From Octopus sinensis (Eukaryota): a stretch of 64,000 nucleotides of DNA. Position numbers and translations under genes: made by a program. Shown piece after piece: positions 51,190 to 64,000 of the stretch; the first letter of the stretch is position 1, and the number at the start of each line of letters is the position of its first letter. The stretch is from contig NC_043003.1 in the NCBI RefSeq assembly GCF_006345805.1, forward strand, positions 7,564,001 to 7,628,000, read 5' to 3'. A model generated the notes under the pieces. It searched no databases. It had not been told where the DNA came from and saw only the letters and a list, made by a program, of their open reading frames with translations.

Positions 51190-52995
51190 TCTTCCATTGA
51201 GGAGGGAGCCGGTTTCCAACAAAGATACATGGCTCCATCATTGGGATGTAGTTAGTACAAACAAATTCACATTTGGAACTTGAGAAAAGTCTTGCATATT
51301 TTTACTGTTCCACTCGCAGATTGCACTTGTAATGTACGAATTAGCCGGTCGATTTCTCTTTCTGAAAATCCCAGTTTATCCAAATTCTCCTTTAAGCATT
51401 TACTAACAAAATATAGTGCTCCAATTATTATTGATATGAATATGAATTCATAGTCTGGATATAGAAGCCGGATGTTTCAAAGCAGGTGTCCATAGATATC
51501 CTCTTTTTCTTTGATTTTCAAAGATATTTATATCTGCAGGACAGCTGACTTCTATGATGGTACATACCTTTGCCCCTCTCTCCCAAACAACAATATCCGA
51601 CCTGTTATGTTTACATTTGACAGAAGTTTTGATGGGAATATTCGACCAGTATTCCTTGAGTTGGTGTTTATGAATGTATTCCATAACAGAGGGATTTTCT
51701 AAGTTTATTTTAGGACAGTCTTTTTTGCAGATGGCATTGTAAATTGTTTTAGCAACAACATCGTGCCGCATAGGGAGGTAGTACCGTGACGACATTTTAG
51801 GACAGATGCTAATCACATGCGTGATGTCCTCCACAGAAACATTATATAGCCTACATATGCGGTTGCACCTGGGGATTACAAGAGCATCTCTGTCTCTCTT
51901 GTTCAACACGTACTTTGTGGCAATCTCCTGTTCCTGAATTGCAAACGCATAGCCTTCAAAGTGTGATGTAGAGGTCTTGTGTTCAAGAGAGGCTACGCTT
52001 CGTGTCAATTCTACTGTTTTCTTCAAGCTTCCGGGCAACATACCCATGCATGATCTTTTTTTGTTTTTGTATGCTGAGTGCTTTCCATCCAGGTCTTCTC
52101 TGAGGTAAGAGAGAGACCAGCTGTTTTGGGGCTGTATAGGAGACCATCAGGAAGAGAGTGTTTCTTGAGGAGTTCACTGCCGACTCGTACAATGTTGCTC
52201 TCTTCACCTTTCAGCAGTGCATTAATATATTTATTTTTGCTGCTGCTGTTTAGCAGGGGCTGTCTGACTGATACCATATGGCATTCAAAGGCCATCTGCA
52301 CTGATCTCAGGCCTCTACCATGTTTATTTCTTCTTAGGTAGAGCCTGTCAACATAACTCTTTCTGTGGAAATTCCCAGTTGTCTGGATTTCACAGGTTTT
52401 GATATCTGTGGAGTGGGTTTCCTCTACAGACCAATCAAGTATCCCAAATGATGGGTTCAGCACTGGTACTGCAAATGCATTGTGGGATATTATTTTGTTG
52501 TAAGAGGAGAGTTCTGACTGTCATATTTTCCCAAGTCTGGTGTAATAATCTCGGGTCACTCTATCTTTATTCACAGTGCCCACATTTTCATCAATGTCTA
52601 GACACTTGTAACATTCTTTGTGTGGAATGGGGGAGATAGAGAGAACTTGGATGCACAGGTTTTGGATTTGGGGGACTGACTTTCCTCGTTCTATAACCAA
52701 CCAAATACGAACATTTCTTTTGGCCAAATTCCATCAGCTGAAAATGTTATTAATTCCAGTCGCTTTTTGGCATTGTTAACATTTTTAGCATAAATCTTGA
52801 GGGCGTCTACAAAGAAATTATGAGTTACATTGATATTTCCAGCAGTTGAAGATCCTATCATGTAACCATTTGTTTTCTGCAGTGGGAAAGATAATGGATT
52901 CCGTGCCAAAAATGAAAAGAAGTACGGGAAGACTATCTCGCTGGAAGAATATTCCTTTTGTAATGCCTATACTATTAGAAGCAATTGTTCTGTTC
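51190..52995 (-). mobile_element. R4/Dong-like non-LTR retrotransposon with restriction-like endonuclease, 5'-truncated and degraded
   Basis: RT motifs KGIFQ.DSL..LLF and HNFFVDALKIYA; RLYLRRNKHGRGL; CCHC-like CR.....DITHVISIC; RHDVVAK; REL motif HNRSDIVV...CTIIEVSCP. Confidence 0.75.
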
Positions 52996-53189
52996 TTACC
53001 ACCACCACCACCACCACCACCACCACCACCACCACCACCACCACCACCACCCCACCACCATCACCACCGCCACCGCCGCCGCCGCCACCACCACCACCAC
53101 CACAACCACCGCCGCGCCACCCCCATCATCATCTCATCATCATCATCATCATCATCGTCGTCGTCCCTGTCATTCTTCTTCTTCTTCTT

Positions 53190-53220
<31 letters not shown>

Positions 53221-56200
53221 TTTTTATTATTATTATTATTTTAGTGTCCGTTGCCTAAGCTCTTTCGTCACACATCCTGTGACCTCTTCAGCCACTCTTT
53301 ATTCTACGTGTCTCCTCTTGTTCTGTTTAGTTCATAGCGCCTTTACAGACCAATAGGAGACAAGTAGGATAAAGAGTCGTTGAAAAGGTCACAGGATGCG
53401 TGACGAAAGAGCTGAGACAAAGGACACGAAATTAAGGACAATAACGAAGTCCAAGTATATATTGTGCACGTGGTTAGTTGGTACAAATATGACCACCCTC
53501 AATGATAACAGATAGACAGCCGACAACAGATGAAGGGTTCTTTCTCTGTGTTTACTTGTCCTGTTTTCCATTTTTCTCTCGTTGTTTACGTATTTCATGT
53601 TATTTGCACCGTTGGTGACGTCCGGTACCCATATATGCATGCATATATATTATGTATAATTTATTACATATATATATACACGTACACAGATCTGTGTGTG
53701 TGTGTTTGTGTGTGTATGTTTGTGTGTTTGTCTGTGTGTGTTCCACTGCTCGAAACCGGTGTTGGTGTGATTACGTCTCCTCCGTAACTGAGCGGTTCGG
53801 CAACAGAGACCGATAGAATAAGTCCCAGACATTATAAAAAAAATATGCACTGGAGCCCTATTCTTCAACTAGTCTTTCCATTTTTTCTTCAGGCTTGCAA
53901 GGTGTCAATTGAGAGACACTTGACTGCTGTTTCTAGCAGGACAAAAGAGCAGAAAGGAAAAGCAAATGAAAAACAAAACCAAAAAAAAACAAGCACCTCT
54001 CCTCCCCCCCCCCCCACCAAAAATAAATAAATAAACGCGGAAAAGTTCTCTCTTTGGCACGTTCGTAGAATGGTGATGTGCCATATCAGTTTCGAAACAA
54101 CTGATTCGAGAATGAACGAAAAATATATCGAACAAATTCCATGTGCAATATTATCGATTGGTTTTTAACCAAATTTCGCTTCGTTAACAAACCAAATTGA
54201 GGTTAATCAAATTTTGAGCAATTAAACGTACTCAATTATCAACCTTCATCTGCTCTTGTTGACGCTAGCTAATTACAACCAACGCAGCAGAATGTCTAAA
54301 TAATGGACGTCGCAGTTCGCTTCAAATCAGAGATTTTGGCTCTCACTGACACCAAATCCGTAAAACTATTTATTTTCCTTTAATGAAATAATTAAAGAGA
54401 CGTCTCTATACGATTATTTCGGTCCGATATTGTTCGTCTGTCAAACTTGAAGAATTTTCATCGAAATTATAAACGTGCCGGGCGCAGGTGTGGCTGTGTG
54501 GTAAGTAGCTTGCTTACCAACCACTTGGTTCCGGGTTCATTCCATGCGTGGCACCTTGGGCAGCCTCGAGCCGATCAATGCCTTGTGAGTGGATTTGGTA
54601 GACGGAAACTGAAAGAAGCCCGTCGTATATATATGTATGTGTGTGTATATGTTTATGTGTGTCTGTGTTTGTCCTCCCCACAACATCGCTTGACAACCGA
54701 TGGTGGTGTGTTTACGTCCCCGTGACTTAGCTGTTCGGCAAAATAGACCGATAGAATAAGTACTAGGCTTACATAGAATAAGTCCTGGGGTCGATTTGCT
54801 CGACTAAAGGTGGTGCTCCAGCATGGCCGCAGTCAAATGACTTAAACAAGTAAAAGAGTATGCCGGGCGCTGGTGTGGCTGTGTGGTAAGAAGTTTGCTT
54901 CCCAACCGAATGGTTCCGGTTTTTGTTCCTCTGCCGGCGTGGCACCTTAGGTAAGTATCTTCTATTATAGCCTCGACACGACCAAAGTCTTGAGAGTAGG
55001 TTTAGTAGACGGAAACTGAAAGAAGCCCATCGTATACAGACACACAGACACACATATATTTATGTCTGGGTGTCTTTTTGTCTGTATTTGTCCTCCATCA
55101 CCGCTTGACAACCGGCGTTGGTGTGTTTATATCTCCATAACTTAGTGGTTCGGCAAAAAAGACCGATAGAATAAGTATCAAGTTTTAAAAAAATGTAAGT
55201 AATAGGATCGATTCGTTCGACAAAAAATTCTTCAAGGCGGTGCCCCAGCATGGCCGCAGTCTAGTGACTGAAACAAGTAAACAGAAGATACAAGATACAT
55301 GAGGGTAGTTAAGATGTTGGCTTCACAGCGACATGGCCCAAGATTCGAAACCCAACTGCAACAAAAATTTCGGGCCCTTTGGTGGAGGCGGGGCAGTCGA
55401 TTAGTGCTTAATTTATCGACCCCAAAACGATGAAAGGCAAAGTCGACCTCAGCGGAATTTGAACTCTCCTGTTTTGTTTTTCACACATTAACTTGTGTAG
55501 GTTGAACCACGTAAACTGTTAGGGAAAGAAATCTAGATGTTTCTTGTAAATTCTCACTATAGTAGAAGACACTTGCTCAAGATGCCGCGCAGCGGGTCAG
55601 AAGCCGGAACCATGTGGTTGGGAAGCAAGCTTCTTACCACACAGCCACTCCTGCGCCTCGAAACTGTGATTGCAGATTGCGCTCAGCAGTCTCTTATTTC
55701 TGCCTAGTTGTCTAATTCCTTGTACACCTCCAAGAGCATTAGCAGTACAAGCGAAGTACAAACTATGGCTTCAAATTAAAAACAGATTGCGGATTTATAT
55801 TGCTTACCGCATATTCTGCGACGTGCCATAATGTGGTCTGAAATTATATTACCCCCCTGTGAATTTAAATTAGATTTGATACCTGTTTATTAAATATAGA
55901 ACAAATAATTATAATTACAATGTAATTACGCTTATACAATATAATTACAATTATAATTACGCTCATGATTATAAGTTGCGTGCGTGTGTGTATTCTATTG
56001 AATTTAATGCAGTTTTCTATCGATATTTCTTTTGCATTAGTGACGAGGCTTAGGTTAAACCTATCAGATACGAAGTATTAAATACCACTTTTGATTGCAC
56101 ATAAGGAGCATATTTTTTTCCTTAAAAATCTTTCTAAAAAGTCTTCTCGAGTCCTGCATGCAAAGTTGGGCCTCCATAAACTAATTTTGCCCCTAACACT

Positions 56201-56301
56201 CACGACTGTAAGCTTATGTAATCTGGATGGAACTTTTTACCTAACCTGACTCCACAGTAATAATATTTACTAAAATGTTATCATTACTAAGACGGTGAGC
56301 T

Positions 56302-56338
<37 letters not shown>

Positions 56339-57492
56339 GAAGAGCTTCTTTCAGTTTCCGTCTACCGAATCCACTCACAAGGCTTTGGTCGGCCCGAGGC
56401 TACAGTAGAAGACACTTGCCCAAGGTGCCACGCAGTGGGACTGAACCCGGAACCATGTAGTTGGTAAGCAAGCTACTTACCACACAGCCACTCCTTTGCA
56501 GCAACGCGTACTTGCGTCACTTGCGCTGCTTGCGCCACTCGCTCCCCTCAGCTTTCGCCGCAGCGCTACCACAATGTCAGTCGTATAATCGACTATACTC
56601 ATCTCCTACGCATTCCTTTTTGTGTAGCGGAGCCTCACTGTGCAACAAAAGCATCTTTATTATGGGTCTTTTGTTGAAATAAATAAATTAGCAACAATTT
56701 CATTATAGAAGTAATATCAAACACACACACACACGCATACACACGCATACACGCACATAAACGCAAAATAGATGATTCTCGTAATTAAATCCTGAAAGAT
56801 GTGGCCTTCCTAATAATTTTGTAGCGTTAATTTGATAACAATAAAACCGGCGCTAATGAAATTGCTAAGACGTTGCCCGAGATAGACAAATTCGCGGTGA
56901 CACATACGCTACACCATACAAATAGCTTGCCGCAGCATATAATTGTATTTGCTTTCCCGGCTAGCGCGAGTCACATTTTCAACGATAGCCATTTTTTAAT
57001 CGTATAATGTATATCTCTGCTTATATAAAAAACAATTGGAACTGCTAGTAACAATTAATATTTAATCTACGTATGAAATGAAATAGATAAAATTAATGTT
57101 TAATTCGTATAAGAAATAGAAGTATTTAATCTTCTGATGATATAGAAAAACAGAAGAAAAACAGAAGCACATTAACTCCAGTGTCTGAGTGATAACAAAT
57201 AATCTTTCTTTATACAGAATTTGAAACTAGTTTCGTATTATCAGGTGTGGATTTTCTCTCCAGTTCCGCCACAAATTACTCCTGAAATTGTTATGAACGT
57301 CGTGTAGCTTAAATTTCTTATCTTCCAGGCGCAGGCGTGGCTGTGTGGTTAAGAAGTCTGCTTCTCAACCACATGGTTTTGAGTTCAGTACCACTGCGTG
57401 GCACCTTAGGCAAGTACTTTCTTCTATAGCCCCGGGTCAACTAAAGCTTTGTGAATCGATTTGGTAGACGGAAACTGAAAGATGCCTGCCTG

Positions 57493-57606
<114 letters not shown>

Positions 57607-57608
57607 TA

Positions 57609-58463
57609 TCTTTATATATAAAAGTGAAGTTGTGTGTCTGTCTCCTCCGATTCCGATTTAGATTCCTACTACCCCACATTTTGTGGTGCCGTTTAACCAA
57701 AACCAGGTATCTTATAGTCGTGATTCATATCGAGCCCTTCTGGGTATTAGCGCGCGTTTACGATGAGTCTACGATTAAAAAAAAAATTACCATCATTTTT
57801 TCCATTTTAATGCATTTTTCGCTATTATATAAGGAAGTAACTCTCTAAAAATGTCTACGATGAGCATCTCGAAAGAGGCCAGAAGCTGGTACCCGCATGG
57901 TTCATGGTCTCAAAAATTTGTCCTATGAAGAAAGCTGAGGACGCTCGACCTTTATTCTCTGAAAAAACCGCCGCCGCCCGTGGGTGATCTCATTCTCGTC
58001 CACAACATCATAAGCGGAAAGTGTAACTCTCGAAAGAGCTGTTCTTCACTCCTGCCCCAGAGCGTCGGCTGCGGGGTCATTCCGAAAAGCTCTACCTGCG
58101 ACGATTTCATCTCAATCGAAGGAGAGGAGCTTTCTCCGTCCGGGTTGCGGATCCGTGGAACAAGCTGCCAGACGAGATGGTGAAGATGCCGACGACCGCT
58201 TTGTTCAAAGCCTCCCTGGACCTCAAGTGGCCTGAACTCTTTACATGAACACCACCCTGTACTTAACTCCATGTCCCCCTACATGGCCTTGCTATTTGCT
58301 TTTGAGCCAAATTAACTAACTAACTAACGATTTAAAAAAAATTTACCATAATTTTTTTTCCATTTTTAATGCTTTTTTTGCTATTTTTTGGCTATAACTC
58401 TCTAAAAATGCTTATATAGTTATTTCCCTCACAAACCCGAGCAACGCCGGGCGATACTGCTAG
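57609..58463 (+). mobile_element. Helitron-like non-autonomous element carrying a CR1 insertion
   Basis: A|TC start at 57609, hairpin CCCGAGCAACGCCGGG, CTAG|T end at 58463, no TSD. Confidence 0.72.
57865..58328 (+). mobile_element. CR1/L2-type LINE 3' fragment with (TAAC)n tail
   Basis: LDLYSL....GDLILVHNIISGK / RLRGHSEKL...FSVRVADPWNKLP; matches 6633-7022. Confidence 0.85.
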
Positions 58464-58510
58464 TATATATATATTATATATATTATAGATATATATATAT
58501 ATATATATAT

Positions 58511-58787
58511 ACAATTGCAGCGTGGAAGGTGTTTATAGCCCATTAAGAAACACACAAAAGCCGTTCGATTCACTCCAACATTTAAGTTTAATTTGTCAAA
58601 ATATTTTCGTCGCTAAAATCCGCGACCTGTTCACTGACCAAGTCCGTGCTGCATCTTTGTCAGTGAACAGGTCGGGATTTTAGCGCGACGAAAATATTTT
58701 GACAAATTAAACTTAAATGTGAAGTGAATCGAACGGCTTTTGTGTGTTTCTTAAATGGCTTATACCACACTTCCACGCTGCAATTGT
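58511..58787. repeat. ~277-bp palindrome (~128-bp arms), each arm with a hammerhead-like fold and variant core GTGAACA
   Basis: ACAATTGCAGCGTGGAAG...CTGTTCACTGAC / GTCAGTGAACAG...CTTCCACGCTGCAATTGT. Confidence 0.85.
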
Positions 58788-58842
58788 TTTCGTTTCAGCA
58801 CACGATCTCAGATCAAATACTTGCTATGCGAGTACATCTCCG

Positions 58843-58884
<42 letters not shown>

Positions 58885-59653
58885 AAGAACACAATATGTG
58901 TTTGTTTGTGTGTGTGTGGTGTTTGTTTGTTTGTGTCCAGTGGCTGAAGTAGCTAGGAGATAAAAGATTAATTTCTGTATCTGGGTGGTTAAAAGAATAA
59001 CCTTCTGGTATACAGAGTTTGAAACCAGGTTCTGAGTATCAGCTATAAATTTTTCCCTTGGTCACAAAGAGGACTTCTTAATCCCACAACCGTTTTCAGA
59101 ACAAGTCAGAGAGGAGAGAGAGAGAGCCTTTTGCTAGAAATAGCAACAAACTTCCATCGATCCACATTATACCCTCTTAACTAATGAACACATGAGATAA
59201 TATAATCTTCAAAAAACCAATAAAAGGCGGTGTGGTCATGTTTAGAAAGCCTTTGATCATAAGTCTGCCTCAACAACAAAAACAGAAACAACAATAACAA
59301 CGGCTAACCGTTATTCTCATGAAAATATATTTACTCGTCTGAAAAATTGTGTTAAAATTGTTAAAATTGTGCGGTATTTGATACGAGGAACAATATGTGA
59401 AGACAGTAAGGGTATTTGATTCTATGTTATTGAAATACTACACGTGTTACATGATAACATCTAAAAAAATGCGATACACTGGATTATTTAATATACTATG
59501 GAATAATTTAAACGGTAATACGACGAGCAATTACATGTATGATATGCATTGGGGGGATATGATAAACAAAAGGATGATATTAATGCATTTGTATGAGATA
59601 TAATTGAATAAGGGCTTGAAGACACTGTACATTGTAAGAATAACATACATATA

Positions 59654-59710
<57 letters not shown>

Positions 59711-59807
59711 CTCCATATTTATAGTGCATGTATATTGCATGTGTAATATACATATCTATATAATGCATATATATGTATATATATATCTACATACATATAT
59801 ATGTATA

Positions 59808-59862
<55 letters not shown>

Positions 59863-60420
59863 TATATATACATACACACATACACACACATACACACACA
59901 CACACACACCATATATATCTATATATGTATTTATATGTGCATATATATATATAGTGTACTGTTCCGTTATTGGTAAGTCCAGCAAAAAAGTACTCTGTCC
60001 GGTGAGAGATAAATATTATTTAATAAAGATAAGATTTATATGTGAGCAACTGTAAGTTTCATGCTTCGATAACAGATTGATCGGACAGGGTTGTATAGCC
60101 TGCGGTGTACTATTATGCAGAGCCCGAATGAGTATAGGATAATACATTGTACGTTACTCAAACTCATTCGATTACGGTGCTATCCGAGCATGAAATGGTT
60201 GAAATTTACAAAAAGAAAGTGAAGACAGGTGTATAAACAACAACAGGTCTATTAGTCTGACGCTGGGGAAGGTGAGAAAGTCTTTTATGTTTCGATCCAC
60301 CGCTCCTCAACAGAAAGGAACAGGAGGAAATGAACAGTGAGAGAATAAAAAAACTTTTGAATCTAGCGGTCAATCATGGTAGCTCGTGTGTGTTTGTATA
60401 TATATATATAATATTATATT

Positions 60421-60620
60421 TATATATAGAGGGCATTATACATACATGCCAGAAGGCATTATACATACATGCCAAACGCTAAGAGGGACAATTAGTCATT
60501 TCTACCAAACATATTACTAATCCCACCGAATTTTGGTAGAAATGACTAATTGTCCCTCTTAGCGGTTGGCATGTATGTATAATGCCTTCTGGCATGTATG
60601 TATAATGCCCTCTATATATA
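60421..60620. mobile_element. Near-perfect hairpin MITE (89-bp arms, 1 mismatch, 22-nt loop)
   Basis: Arms 60421-60509 and 60532-60620; termini TATA|GAGGGCATT; internal direct repeat GGCATTATACATACATGCC. Confidence 0.88.
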
Positions 60621-61038
60621 AATTAATATGTTCAATAAGAAATAATTATTTTCGAAATTTTTTTCTCTTATGAGGTTTTTTACGCTATCTACCTGACAAT
60701 TTCTTGTTAAGTTTTCCTTATTAAGTAGTTGTCCTTAATGCTATATATATATATATATATAATAATATATATACATATACATATTTGTGTGTATGTATGT
60801 ATAATTTAATAAACACAGGAAACAAAGTTTTTTAAACTGAAAACACAATGAATATAATGAATATTCCAAAAGAAAAGCAGGGTCGGTTTATCAGGTAATG
60901 ATCAACGAAGAAACGACGAACGAAAACTCTGAGTACTGGCAATATGAATCTTTTATATACATATATATATATATATATATAATTATATATATGTATATGT
61001 ATATATATACTCATACGTGCACTAACATAGACACAGAC

Positions 61039-61069
<31 letters not shown>

Positions 61070-61078
61070 CACACACCA

Positions 61079-61116
<38 letters not shown>

Positions 61117-61180
61117 ACACGTCCATATTTATTTTCATCATTTTATGTTATAATTAGTAGAGTGAAAATACCTTGCTTAC

Positions 61181-61690
61181 CTGTAATTTTCAGAGTGACA
61201 AGTATTTCTGGCGTCAAAGGTACAGCAACGAACATTTTCCCCCATGTCGTGATCGGTGGCAACATTTCCGAAGTGGATATCGGGGGTTCGAAACACACCG
61301 TCCCATTTCGTGGGTCGTATGCTGATATACCAGCAACAAGAACTCCGACTGGTCGGCTGGCGCTTATTTTCACGCCGTCCATCAAATTACCATCGTCCAA
61401 GGCCAGAACCTCGTTTGGTTTAATGGTGTAATTGAATTCCGTGTCCCCAAGTCCGCAGATAAGGAGGTCACACAGAGAACTGTTGCTGTTGACGGTCAGC
61501 GTGACGTTGGTCAAAGTTTTTGGAATCCCTTGAGGTAAGATGTAAACCGTCGAAGACATGTTTATAGACGTACTGGGAGTCATGATGACGTAATCGGTTC
61601 CGAAAGTGTCCGTCGGATACAACTGGCTCCTGTCCCCTTTCTGCCGGCCGTACATGACACACACATCTCCGGTGGCTATTAGCAACAAAG
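61181..61690 (-). CDS. Internal coding exon of the IgGFc-binding domain membrane protein
   Basis: TATTTTACAG acceptor, GTAAGC donor; 510 nt, phase 1 to phase 1; LYPTDTFGTDYVI, GVKISASRPVGVLVAG and EMLPPITTWGKMFVAVPL match IgGFc_binding motifs; joins 46857 in frame (LKIT-G-ETNVTV). Confidence 0.82.
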
Positions 61691-61809
61691 CTGTAAAATA
61701 AATAAATAAATGTGATAATAATAAAGATGATGATGATGATGATGATAACAGCAGCAACAACAACAACAATTTCATCCGTCGTGCAAACGATTCTGCCAGC
61801 TCACTGCTT

Positions 61810-61895
<86 letters not shown>

Positions 61896-61929
61896 ACTAC
61901 TACTACTACTACTACTGGTTTCAAATTTT

Positions 61930-62095
61930 GCCTCGAACGTGACGCCGGTCAGTCTCAGGGTTACGAGATTGGACTCAGGGTTACGTGCTTGCGACACAGG
62001 GTTACGAACTCAGGGTTACGAGCTTGCGACTCAGGATTACGAGCTCAGAGACTCAGTTACTCGGCCTCGAACGTGACGCCGGTCTGTCTCAGTGT
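61930..62095. repeat. Short minisatellite of ~21-nt units containing CTCAGGGTTACG, bracketed by a duplicated 29-mer
   Basis: GCCTCGAACGTGACGCCGGTC(A/T)GTCTCAG at ~61930 and ~62064. Confidence 0.7.
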
Positions 62096-63127
62096 TACTC
62101 ATGTTACAGTCGAGTGATCTGGGGTAACTTGAAATGGAGTGTTTTTGCTCAAGAACACAACACACCACCCGGTCGGGGAATCGAATGTGAATGCAACACG
62201 TTAACCACTAGGCCACGCACGTTCACGAAAATTATGCATGGAGCGAGAGAAAATGAGACGTTCCATATTTAATATGCGGTTTATATAACACCAGAGTGCT
62301 CGAGCCGTCAATAATAACAGCATGTGTTTTACTAAACTTTGTGGTAATTATAACATTTGGGTTTGCATGTATGGATGTTCGATTTTCCCAATTGGCGCTA
62401 TTGTTGAAGAATGTATATGATGAAAGTTGTTCATGAGAGTAGGAAGATGTAAATAAAAATGTCAAAATAACAGGAAAATAAGGAAATTAATATTTATTGC
62501 TTCTCAAATATTGTCTATGTTCGATTGTACAATACGTTGCAGTTAATCATTCACACAAACATGAAAAAAAATAATTAGTTGAGCATTATGAGGCAAAGAA
62601 GAGAGCAGAACGGACTTTCAATTGCAATAAAAAATAATAATAATAAATAAACCGAACGGTACAAGCCTGTGTCGAACAATTAGAGCTCATATCGAATAAT
62701 CTAGAAAGTAAAGACCATAAAGTGGGGCACATTCAAAAGCGTCAACGAATTAAGTGTTACTCACAAAAAGTAAAAATACATAGGCGCAGGCGTGGATGTG
62801 TGGTAAGAAGCTTGCTTGCCAAACACATGGTTCCGGGGTTCAGTTCTACTGCGTGGCATTTTGGACAAGTATCTTATAGTATAGCCTCGGACCGACCAAA
62901 ATCTTGTGAGTGGATTTGGCTGACGGAAACTGAAAGAAGCCCGTCGGGTGAGTGATCTTGATGTTCCTATGTAGTTGGTTAATAAATTATGTGAATGGGT
63001 ATCATCTGGTAGTTGATTATTGATTAAAGTGTATTCCTCTATTTTCTTATTTTGTATATATATATATATATATATATATATACTCACTCGACGGGCTTTC
63101 AGTTTCCGTATTAACCAAATCCACTCA

Positions 63128-63158
<31 letters not shown>

Positions 63159-63828
63159 TATATATATATATATACATACATACATACATACAGAATTCAC
63201 TCCTTTTATATACAATGCATGGAATGCCGGAACGGGACAAAATTGTACTAATTTGGTTAGTAAAAGATAAGCATTCTACTCAGTAGGGATCAATGACCTT
63301 GCCGGAATTGGACAAAATTACATTGATTTGGTCAGTAAAAAGTAATTATTCTAATCAGCTGGGATCAGTGGCTTTAGTCATCCGATCGAAACGATAGGCC
63401 TTTCAACACCATTCATCATATAAAAGAGTTAATTTTATTTTGATAAGACACTTTGTATTTTTTCCTTTCGAAGAATAGGAAAATCTCTCAGCGACACAGA
63501 GACATCTATATGTGGTGTCTCTATCATTGTGTGTAAGCCACTTAAGCGCTTTGGGGTTTAGTGAGTTGAGCGGAATGCAAATGAGTTGTAAGGATCCAGA
63601 GAATCGTGCAGCTATCGTAAGCTCCTCTTAAACACTCGTATGTATACTAAGGTTGTTTAGTAAATGCCAGCTTTATACTAACATTCTAAAATTCTTTGGA
63701 GATAATTTGCGTAGACAAATGTAAAAAAAATGTCTTTTATATCAATATTCATAAATAGATTTGGTGATTCAAACAGGAAAATAGAACTCAAAACACGAGT
63801 AGGTAAATAGATAGATAGATAGATAGAG

Positions 63829-63871
<43 letters not shown>

Positions 63872-63935
63872 GAGGGAGAGGGAGAGAGAGAGAGTAAATA
63901 GAAAGAGAGAAGTAAATAGATAGGGAGAGAGGTAA

Positions 63936-63968
<33 letters not shown>

Positions 63969-64000
63969 TAGATAGATAGAGAGAGAGAAGTAAATAAATA

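Noticed and set aside
62232-62465. 77-aa minus-strand ORF as a candidate upstream exon of the IgGFc-domain gene
   Set aside because: The only plausible donor (GTGTTA) is weak and phase 0, whereas the 61690 exon needs phase 1; no convincing domain motif.
63226-63375. Diverged ~75-bp tandem duplication
   Set aside because: Only two copies, with no structure or coding signal; likely ordinary local duplication.

Overview
Eukaryotic, repeat-dense genomic DNA. It is most likely Octopus or another coleoid cephalopod, inferred from the recurring tRNA-derived SINE families and very long microsatellites. Three spliced genes were rebuilt by hand from GT/AG junctions and reading-frame phase. (1) The last five coding exons of a FAM199X homolog (+, 1133-8645; the 5' part lies outside the window). 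(2) A complete six-exon MED18 (-, 21181 to 10478, 212 aa), convergent with FAM199X. (3) The last two coding exons of a type-I membrane protein with an IgGFc-binding/FCGBP N-terminal-like domain (-, 61690-61181 and 46857-45959). The remainder is transposon debris: mariner (mellifera-like) and DD37D DNA transposons; RTE, CR1, Tx1-like, R4/Dong-like and Penelope-like retroelement fragments; a Gypsy integrase remnant; Helitron/Helentron-like elements; at least six MITE types; many SINEs; and microsatellites that generate most of the listed ORFs. The most interesting non-coding signal is a set of long intronic inverted repeats and short elements carrying minimal hammerhead-ribozyme-like folds. These include a G3-C8 compensatory core variant, a U6 variant, and one element fused to a tRNA-like Pol III head. 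All homology calls come from recalled family sequences rather than database searches, and repeat boundaries are approximate unless TSDs are quoted.
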